This document shows positions 1 to 6,383 of a stretch of 21,327 bases of DNA, piece by piece (within the stretch, counting starts at the first letter, position 1; each line of letters opens with the position of its first letter). The notes below the pieces were generated by a model. It had not been told where the DNA came from. It ran no database searches and was given only the letters and a program-made list of their open reading frames with translations. The translations under genes and the position numbers were made by a program. Location: NCBI GenBank assembly GCA_043822305.1, contig JBDRBU010000121.1, positions 1 to 21,327 of the forward strand. Direction: 5' to 3'. This DNA is from Candidatus Firestoneibacteriota bacterium (GTDB lineage: Bacteria; Oederibacteriota; D2-FULL-39-29; JBDRBU01).

Positions 1-5
1 ATTGT

Positions 6-166
6 ATTCCCCCTTTGTTAAGGGGGATCAAGGGGGTTGTTGTTATGAATGTTTATTATAATCCAAAATTGAAATTTCGTGTAAGAGGACTTAACCATAA
101 AATATTATTTAGCAAACTGAAACTTGTAATTAAACAACCCCCTAACCCCCTTTATTAAGGGGGAAT
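6..166. repeat. Inverted pair of REP-like palindromes (6-41 and 133-166)
   Basis: ATTCCCCCTTTGTTAAGGGGGATCAAGGGGGTTGTT (6-41) is a near reverse complement of AACAACCCCCTAACCCCCTTTATTAAGGGGGAAT (133-166); each contains a CCCCCTT..AAGGGGG hairpin. Confidence 0.8.
45..158 (+). pseudogene. Remnant of a DUF559 (Vsr-like) endonuclease gene
   Basis: 37-aa ORF MNVYYNPKLKFRVRGL... resembles the typical DUF559 N-terminus (YNPKLKxRARxLR); lies exactly between the inverted palindromes. Confidence 0.4.
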
Positions 167-237
167 TAAAAAATAGAGGGCTCTCACTGAATACTTACAT
201 TTTTACTGCATAGGTCTGTCCCCTTTTAGGAGAATAT

Positions 238-636
238 ATGAGGAAGCAAAAAAGATTTATACTTTTTGTGGTTATACCTGGAGTTTTAATAGGTATATTT
301 ATCACGCTGGGTGTTAATATTTCTATTAAAAGATTACAAGTTATGGGCGAGGAGAAGATTACTCCTTCTCAAGAAGCACTTTCCTTACAAAGTTCTTTTG
401 TGGAAATCTCGAATAAAGTTGGTCCGGCGGTAGTTAATGTAAGCACAGAGCAGGTATTAAAATACAAATACTTTGGTTATGATTTTGAAGATTTTTTTAA
501 CAGATTTTTTGATGAAGATGAGAGTCCATTTTTAAAAAGAAAGCCGAAAGAAAGAATATATAAAAGACAAGGTTTAGGAACAGGAATGATAATAACAGAA
601 GATGGTTATATACTTACTAATTACCATGTGGTTTAA
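238..636 (+). pseudogene. degP: DegP/HtrA-family serine protease, 5' fragment only
   Basis: AGGAG RBS, N-terminal TM segment, PAVVNV, GLGTGMIITEDGYILTNYHVV (catalytic His motif), then a stop; catalytic Asp/Ser and PDZ domains missing. Confidence 0.85.
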
Positions 637-1862
637 GATCCTTGAGATTGCTTAATGAAAAAGGAATTCATACTTTTGTATGTTCAAACTCCTGGTTAGA
701 TGTGGGTTATGGCGCATGGTTGCAGAAATTTTTTATAAATCATGCTCATATTCGGCTAATAATAGACAATCTTGTAAAAAGAAGTTTTGCAGAAGCGGAT
801 ATAAACACTATAATTTCTGTAATAGATGCTCCCGCAAAAAAAGTATCAGATGATTCAATAACGAAATTCGTTGCATTTAAGAAACCGTTTGAACAATCTA
901 TTTTTACAGAAAACCTGTTGGCAATAGAGCAAGTCAAAGAAGAAAGAAATATTACGGAAGATTTTAAAGTTGTTTGCAAAACGAATAAACAATTGCTTGA
1001 AGAAGGCACCGAATATGATAAGGACGAAGAACATAAAACAGTGAATGGCTTTAACACTTATGTTGGCAACAAATGGGGCGGTATTTATTTAAGAGCGCCG
1101 GAAATATATTTTAAGATACTGGAAAAAGGAAAAGGAAAACTTGTCAGGTTGGGCGATATTGCAGATAAAACACAGAGAAATAATCTTCAATCATTTGATA
1201 AAATAGTAGAAATTGATGAAAATTATTTAATAAATGGTAATTATCCGTATTTGTCATCTGTTAAGGATATTAGTACCATAAAGGTAAATACAAGAAAGCT
1301 GCCAAAATCTATAAAGAAAACGACAAAAGAGAATAAGACATATCTTATTCCTGATTTGATTTCAAATAGATTTCTGGGTGAAAAACTTTATTTTATAGAA
1401 GGTGGTGACTTTCTTATAGGTGATACATTTTTTGTTATTAAACTTAACTCAAAATATAGTAAAAAAGAAGTGGTTTTAAGTTTAAACAGTACTTGCAGCT
1501 TGTTTCTAATAGAGTTAATAGGTAGAAGAAATTTAGGTGGAGGACTACTGACAATTTATGGCCCGGAATTAATGAATATATCATTAGTAAATCCACAAAC
1601 AATATCTTTTAAGCAAATTAATAAATTTGACTTAATATATAAAAACTTAGCATATAGAGAAATAAAACCCATTTTTGAAGAATGTGGAATTGACCCTGAA
1701 AAAAATATTCGAGATCAAATTCCAAAGCCTAAACCAGATCGCAAAGAACTTGACGACATAATATTTGATATTATTGGTTTAACAAAGGATGAACGCAACG
1801 AAGTTTATTGGTCAGTCTGCGAACTCGTCCAATCTCGCCTTTCCAAAGCCGGGAGTGTTTGA
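633..1862 (+). pseudogene. Type IIG (Eco57I-like) restriction-modification enzyme / N6-adenine methyltransferase, 3' fragment
   Basis: LRSLRLLNEKG..F.CSNSWLDVGYG, RSF..ADINT.I, GNKWGG.YLRAP, C-terminal PDRKELDDIIFD..GLT; no RBS; SAM-binding and NPPY motifs absent, so it begins mid-domain. Confidence 0.75.
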
Positions 1863-1883
1863 TGTTATAAATGAGATGATAAT

Positions 1884-2612
1884 ATGAAAGATAAAGAAGT
1901 TATTAATAAGTTTGTTGAGCATCTTCAAAACAATGGTTATCCAAACCTCAAAGTGGATTGTTGGCCGGACGAAGAAAATCGAAATTTCCCCGATATAGAT
2001 GCAATTGCTGGTCGGTTTGCCATTGAGCACACAAGTATAGATACAATTGAAGATCAACGTTCAGATTCATCTTTGTTTATGGAGGCAGTTGGAAAACTCG
2101 AAAAGGAAATATCCCTTTTTGAATATAGATTGCGAATCACTATTCCTTATGAGGGCATTCGCAAGGGTCTTGATTTTAAAAATATTAAAGAGGGTTTCAG
2201 AACATGGATACTTAATGATTCCAAAAATTTGTCTGATGGCAGACATAAAATAAGTAATGCCGTAGGGATTCCATTCAATTTCAGTGTTGGAAAAGCCAGC
2301 GACCGACCAGCAGGTCTAAAATTTCGTCGTAGTGAATCTGAGGATAAATCTTCTATATATCGTCAGAAACAACTTGAGCGGAAGGTAAAAAAGTTAGCCC
2401 CTTACAAGAAAAAAGGCAAGACAACAATACTTCTTGTTGAGTCAAGTGATATGGCTCTTATGAACGAAGATAAAATGATTAAATACCTGCAAACTGCCTT
2501 TGGTAATAATCTGCCAACAGATATAGATCAAATATGGTATGCCGATACTTCTATACCATCTGAAATATGGTTTCACGATTTCACAAACGATATTCAAAAA
2601 GATGGTAATTAA
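1884..2612 (+). CDS. Hypothetical protein, possible PD-(D/E)XK-fold nuclease
   Basis: 242-aa ORF; PDIDAIAGRFAIEHT resembles a PD..ExK/T nuclease motif; defence-like context. Confidence 0.55.
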   Translation: MKDKEVINKFVEHLQNNGYPNLKVDCWPDEENRNFPDIDAIAGRFAIEHTSIDTIEDQRSDSSLFMEAVGKLEKEISLFEYRLRITIPYEGIRKGLDFKNIKEGFRTWILNDSKNLSDGRHKISNAVGIPFNFSVGKASDRPAGLKFRRSESEDKSSIYRQKQLERKVKKLAPYKKKGKTTILLVESSDMALMNEDKMIKYLQTAFGNNLPTDIDQIWYADTSIPSEIWFHDFTNDIQKDGN

Positions 2613-2613
2613 T

Positions 2614-2697
2614 GACAGCAACTAATTATTTATTGACTGAAGAAAAGAATTTTATTAATATTGTTGTGTGTTATGAGTAGCAGGAATGATAAAAGCA
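2614..2697 (+). repeat. 84-bp direct repeat, copy 1
   Basis: Matches 3970-4054 with 3 mismatches and a 1-nt indel; contains TTGACT-N17-TAATAT (2633-2661). Confidence 0.9.
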
Positions 2698-2726
2698 GGG
2701 GAAAAATGTAAATCCTTATTGAATAC

Positions 2727-2854
2727 TGTCATTGCGATTTGTCAAATTGCGGAAGCAATGCTATCTTTTGTTTGAAATGTAATGCCATCGAAGTATTTTG
2801 AAGGGATGAGATTGCCACGCCCTGCATCATTACGGTACAGGGCTTGCAATGACA
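2727..2854. repeat. REPIN-like element (TGTCATTGC...GCAATGACA class)
   Basis: Terminal inverted repeats TGTCATTGC/GCAATGACA, inner GAAGCAAT/ATTGCCAC arms and a GCCCTG..CAGGGC hairpin (2819-2843). Confidence 0.65.
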
Positions 2855-2868
2855 CAAGCAGATTAATC

Positions 2869-2897
2869 TTGACATATGTATATTGTTATAGTATACT
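2869..2897 (+). promoter_or_regulatory. Sigma70-type promoter of brnTA
   Basis: TTGACA (2869-2874)-17 bp-TATACT (2892-2897), 6 nt before the brnT ATG. Confidence 0.75.
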
Positions 2898-2903
2898 AAC
2901 ATT

Positions 2904-3206
2904 ATGGATAATATTAGAATTGTTTCCGATATCAACGGCTTTGAGTGGGATAAAGGAAATATGTTTAAAAACTGGCAGAAACACAAGGTGTCAGATATGG
3001 AGTGTGAGCAGGTGTTTTTTAATCAACCGTTGATAGTTCTTGATGATGCAAAGTACTCTACAAAAGAGAAAAGATATTATTGTCTTGGTAAAACAAACGA
3101 TAAAAGAATGCTGTTCCTTGTTTTTACATTAAGAGGCGAACTAATAAGAATTATTTCAGCAAGAAATATGAGCAAAAAAGAGAGGGTATCTTATGAAAAA
3201 CACTAA
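2904..3206 (+). CDS. brnT: BrnT family toxin (DUF497)
   Basis: FEWDKGN..KNWQKHKV, E.RY..LGKT, LFLVFT.R...IRIISAR.M..KER..Y. Confidence 0.9.
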   Translation: MDNIRIVSDINGFEWDKGNMFKNWQKHKVSDMECEQVFFNQPLIVLDDAKYSTKEKRYYCLGKTNDKRMLFLVFTLRGELIRIISARNMSKKERVSYEKH

Positions 3207-3468
3207 AATTAAAAAGTATAGAACAAAGGAAGATAAAGAAAGAGAATATTGGGCGGTAAATGATTCTACGGTTACTCTGGATTGGAGCAAGGCAAAAAAG
3301 ACAGTATTTCCAAACCTCAAGCCAACTTATTTGAGTATTTCATTAAGAATGCCAAGGATATTGCTTGAGGATCTCAAAATGATTGCAAACAGGAGAGATA
3401 TTCCCTACCAGTCCTTAATGAAGAGTTTTATCGCGGAACGTGTAAAACGGGAATTGGTGCACAAGTAA
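3193..3468 (+). CDS. brnA: BrnA/CopG-like antitoxin
   Basis: Overlaps brnT; E.EYW..DS, FPNLKP, ISLR.P..L..LK..A....IPYQSL RHH signature. Confidence 0.85.
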   Translation: MKNTKIKKYRTKEDKEREYWAVNDSTVTLDWSKAKKTVFPNLKPTYLSISLRMPRILLEDLKMIANRRDIPYQSLMKSFIAERVKRELVHK

Positions 3469-3487
3469 TTAATTCTCTAATAATGGC

Positions 3488-3709
3488 TGCTTATTTGAAG
3501 AAATTCCACATAAAGAAACTTTCCCTGTGGTAGAGGTTACACCAGGATTAGTAGGCGTATTACAGGCATTAGAAGTTATAAAGTATTTGACAGGCAAAGG
3601 TGAAAATCTAAAGAACGAACTATTAATATGGGATGGTTTAACTAATGATTTTCAAAAGGTATCTGTTGGAAAAGACCCATCCTGTGAAGTTTGTGGGAAT
3701 TCTTCCTAA
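3488..3709 (+). pseudogene. ThiF/MoeB/HesA-family protein, C-terminal fragment
   Basis: In-frame CLFEEIP..TFPV..TPG.VG.LQALEVIKYLTG.G..L...LLIWDG and terminal DPSCEVCG zinc motif; N-terminal nucleotide-binding part absent. Confidence 0.75.
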
Positions 3710-3743
3710 TATTCAGGCTGTTGAAATAATCTGATTTAGAGAT

Positions 3744-3851
3744 ATGGCGGAAATGAAAAAATATAAAACAATAATATTAACAGTATTTATTCTCTTAATT
3801 TCTTTTGTTCCGGTGTATCTTTATATTCAGCACAACAGCGATAGAGAATAA
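3744..3851 (+). pseudogene. Short ORF resembling the N-terminal anchor of an exported/membrane protein (probable fragment)
   Basis: MAEMKKYKTIILTVFILLISFVPVYLYIQ: basic start plus hydrophobic helix, then it runs into an unrelated fragment. Confidence 0.3.
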
Positions 3852-3921
3852 TATAGCCAAATTGAAAGACAAAAAGATTTTAAAACATGTTGGTTCTGAT
3901 AAAGGCGGGTATTGGGAAGTA
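3829..3921 (+). pseudogene. C-terminal winged-helix fragment of the type found on Fic or AlbA_2/HATPase proteins
   Basis: Start-less frame STTAIENNIAKLKDKKILKHVGSDKGGYWEV; the G.DKGG.W.V ending is characteristic. Confidence 0.55.
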
Positions 3922-3926
3922 TCTGA

Positions 3927-3953
3927 TGTCATACTGAGTAAATCGAAGGATCT
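3927..3953. repeat. Degenerate REP-like half element
   Basis: TGTCATACTGAGTAAATCGAAGGATCT resembles GTCATCCTGAG..CGAAGGATCT-type repeats; related in form to the left arm at 2727. Confidence 0.35.
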
Positions 3954-3969
3954 ATTTCCGGCAATTATG

Positions 3970-4054
3970 GACAGCGACTAATTGTTTATTGACTGAAGAA
4001 AAGAATTTTATTAATATTGATGTGTGTTATGGAGTAGCAGGAATGATAAAAGCA
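3970..4054 (+). repeat. 84-bp direct repeat, copy 2
   Basis: Matches 2614-2697. Confidence 0.9.
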
Positions 4055-4070
4055 AATTTTCCCCTACTTG

Positions 4071-4099
4071 TTGACAAACATTATTATAAATGATAAAAT
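4071..4099 (+). promoter_or_regulatory. Sigma70-type promoter
   Basis: TTGACA-17 bp-TAAAAT with extended TGn, upstream of the wHTH gene. Confidence 0.65.
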
Positions 4100-4155
4100 G
4101 CTTATATACAATAAGTATGTACATATAAACATAAAATATGTACATGGAGGGAAAA

Positions 4156-4485
4156 ATGCTTGAAGCAATATTAGGAAACAGAGTTGCAGAAAAAGTGCTT
4201 CTTTATATTCTGATTTATGAAAGAGGGTATATCAGAGAGATATCTTATTGCTTTAATGCTCCAGTTAATGGGGTAAGACAGCAGTTAAGAAGATTGGAAA
4301 ATGGCTCTGTGCTTGTGAGTTTTTTAAAAGGGAAAATAAGGGTTTATGAATTTAATCCAAGATTCGCTTTTTTATCGGAATTGAAATCTTTACTTAAAAA
4401 GGCATATGAAAGTTTGCCCGAAAAAGATATAGAAAGATATTATAAGAAAAGAACAAGACCAAGAAGAGCAGGGAAACCCCTGTGA
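4156..4485 (+). CDS. Winged-helix (ArsR-like) DNA-binding protein, probable antitoxin/regulator
   Basis: GGAGGG RBS before ATG 4156 (ORF track starts at 4138); EKVLLY, V..QL.RLE...VL.S...GK.RVY.FNPR, RTRPRR.GKPL; overlaps the next gene. Confidence 0.7.
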   Translation: MLEAILGNRVAEKVLLYILIYERGYIREISYCFNAPVNGVRQQLRRLENGSVLVSFLKGKIRVYEFNPRFAFLSELKSLLKKAYESLPEKDIERYYKKRTRPRRAGKPL

Positions 4486-4688
4486 AGATAGATTTTAAAA
4501 ATATAAAAGCAAAGGAGCTGGCCGGACTTATATCTGAAGAACTAAGGAAAGAGGATATAGATACTACGCTTGTAGGCGGGGCATGTGTGACCATATATTC
4601 AAGAAACAAATATGTATCAGCAGATTTTGATATTTTTCTTTACAAAGAAATTATTATACTTTATAATATAGAAAGATACAGGGTCTAA
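4482..4688 (+). pseudogene. Nucleotidyltransferase-fold protein, 5' fragment
   Basis: LVGGAC..IY....Y.S.DFD (GG..DxD NTase motif); the sequence then turns into promoter-like DNA and stops at 68 aa. Confidence 0.6.
4639..4667 (+). promoter_or_regulatory. Sigma70-type promoter for the lipoprotein-ftsK operon
   Basis: TTTACA-17 bp-TATAAT. Confidence 0.55.
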
Positions 4689-4702
4689 AGACCCTTGACT
4701 AC
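4680..4702 (-). repeat. GTAG-family REP-like hairpin
   Basis: Minus strand GTAGTCA-AGGGTC-TTTA-GACCCT; same architecture as 5421-5443. Confidence 0.6.
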
Positions 4703-4705
4703 AAA

Positions 4706-5386
4706 ATGGCTAACATATTACAAAAATTTAAAGCAGTTTGGGAAGAAGTAATAATTCTTTTAGTCATAGGAGTATTTCTTGGCGGTTGTACTATGAAATG
4801 GGTACCACCTCCGCCAAGGAAACCACCTTTGCAAGTTGCGGTGCTTCCTATGGAAAATCTTAGTAATGATGTGAATGGTCCCCCTGTAGTCAGGGAGGCA
4901 TTTAATAAAGCCATTGCTCGTAATGGATATATAACTTTAGATTTAGAGATAATAGACAAAGTTTTAAAAGAAGATTTTGGAGTTACTGATGGTGGTCAAC
5001 TTAGAATTGTTGATGATAAAGAATTAGCCAGAAAATTAGGAGTTAATATTTTGATTTATGGTGAAGTTGTACAGTTTTTTCAAGGGACTTCTTTTGAGGT
5101 TATTCCTTTTGGATTAGTGTATAAAAGAGAAGTAAAAGTACATTTTAAAATGGTAAATGTTGAAACAGAAAAAGTAATCTGGGAAAAAGAACATTGTCTA
5201 TCACAAAAAGATCCTCTGGGAGAAAAAAAGAATAAAAAAGGCAAGAAAGATAAAGAAGAAGGGAATTTTTTCGGCGATTTATTAGGGAATGTTGTAGCCG
5301 ATACAGTAAAATCCGGATTAGAGATAATTACTGATAAACTTGTTGAGAAAATGGCAAATAATATGCCTTCTCCATATTATTATTAA
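4706..5386 (+). CDS. Lipoprotein, DUF799/GNA1162-like (CsgG-like fold)
   Basis: Lipobox LGGC; VAVLPMEN.S.D..GP, LGV..LIYG.V, V.....MV...T..VIWE. Confidence 0.65.
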   Translation: MANILQKFKAVWEEVIILLVIGVFLGGCTMKWVPPPPRKPPLQVAVLPMENLSNDVNGPPVVREAFNKAIARNGYITLDLEIIDKVLKEDFGVTDGGQLRIVDDKELARKLGVNILIYGEVVQFFQGTSFEVIPFGLVYKREVKVHFKMVNVETEKVIWEKEHCLSQKDPLGEKKNKKGKKDKEEGNFFGDLLGNVVADTVKSGLEIITDKLVEKMANNMPSPYYY

Positions 5387-5388
5387 TG

Positions 5389-5443
5389 ATAATCGCAACT
5401 TTTAGGTTGCGATTATAACCCGCAGGCTAAAGCCTGCGACTAC
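5389..5443. repeat. Inverted REP doublet (GTAG family)
   Basis: 11-bp stem ATAATCGCAAC/GTTGCGATTAT (5389-5416) and CGCAGGC-TAAA-GCCTGCG-ACTAC (5421-5443); the two are diverged inverted copies. Confidence 0.7.
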
Positions 5444-5462
5444 CTATAAGGGAGGTAAAATT

Positions 5463-6383
5463 ATGGTAAGAAAAATTGTAATAATAGGAATTGCAGGTTT
5501 TCTAATTGGTGGATGTGGCACGGCGACGAGGGTGACAAAAGAAGATGTTATGTCCGTTAAGCAGACCGAGAAAGTTGAAAGTAAATATACAGGACCTAAA
5601 AGAAGAATTGCTGTTATTGATTTTGAAACTAAAGAAGGTTATGCAAAAAGACTTGGCACAACTGCTTCATCAATTTTAATGACCGAAGTAGGGAAATCAG
5701 GAAAATTTATTCTAATTGAAAGGGAAAAAATAAATAAATTGTTAGAAGAACAAAAATTAGGGCAAACAGGTATAATTGACTCAAATACTGCTGTATCTGT
5801 TGGTAGAATTTTAGGATTAAATGCTTTAATTACTGGCTGTGTATCTCAGTTTGGTGTAAATACCGAGTCATCACATGCTTTAATTGCCCAGAGCAAAAGG
5901 CAGATTGCAGAAGCAACGGTTGATATCAGGATAATAGATGCTACAAATGGTAGGGTTTTATATGTGGATTCGGGAAGTGGGAAAGCAGAAAAGTCAACAG
6001 GAACATTTCTGGGAATGGGTTCTTCAAGTGGGTATGATGAAAGAATAGAAGGAGATGCTTTAAGAGCGTCAATAGTTAAAGTTATAGAAAATATAATATA
6101 TCAAATTAATAAAACTCCTTTTACCTGCAGGGTGGCTGATCTGGAAAGTGAAAAGTTGTACTTAGATGCGGGTAAAGAGTCCGGACTTCAAACGGGTATG
6201 AATCTAACAGTTTATAAATTAGGCAGAGAGATTACAAGTCCGACAACAGGATTAGTGATTGGAAGGGTTGAGGAAAAGTGCGGTGTGATTCAAATTATAG
6301 ATTTCTTTGGCGAAGATGGTTCTATGGCCAATATAGTTTCAGGTAAAGCAGGTAAGGGAGATTTGTGTAAATTAAATGAGTAA
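5463..6383 (+). CDS. CsgG/HfaB-family lipoprotein with FlgT_C-like C-terminal domain
   Basis: GGGAGG RBS; lipobox IGGC; IAVIDFE, F.LIER..I..LL.EQ.L, G..LG...LITG.VSQFG, VDIRIID..G; C-terminal YLDAG..SGL..G..L.VY..G.EI.SP.TG. Confidence 0.8.
   Translation: MVRKIVIIGIAGFLIGGCGTATRVTKEDVMSVKQTEKVESKYTGPKRRIAVIDFETKEGYAKRLGTTASSILMTEVGKSGKFILIEREKINKLLEEQKLGQTGIIDSNTAVSVGRILGLNALITGCVSQFGVNTESSHALIAQSKRQIAEATVDIRIIDATNGRVLYVDSGSGKAEKSTGTFLGMGSSSGYDERIEGDALRASIVKVIENIIYQINKTPFTCRVADLESEKLYLDAGKESGLQTGMNLTVYKLGREITSPTTGLVIGRVEEKCGVIQIIDFFGEDGSMANIVSGKAGKGDLCKLNE

Noticed and set aside
183..228. CTCACTGAATACTTAC and GGTCTGTCCCC as possible repeat-element ends
   Set aside because: Single short occurrences with no second copy in the window.
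2729..3033. ORFs 2729-2986 (-) and 2782-3033 (+)
   Set aside because: They run through the REPIN and the brnT promoter and are probably spurious.
3714..3728. CAGGCTGTTGAAATA resembling an IS/MITE terminal repeat
   Set aside because: No partner inverted repeat or transposase is visible; too short to support.
4668..4702. AAAGATACAGGGTCTAA as part of a c-di-GMP-I riboswitch
   Set aside because: The upstream GCAAA/GNRA-loop stem is absent; a REP-type hairpin explains the sequence better.
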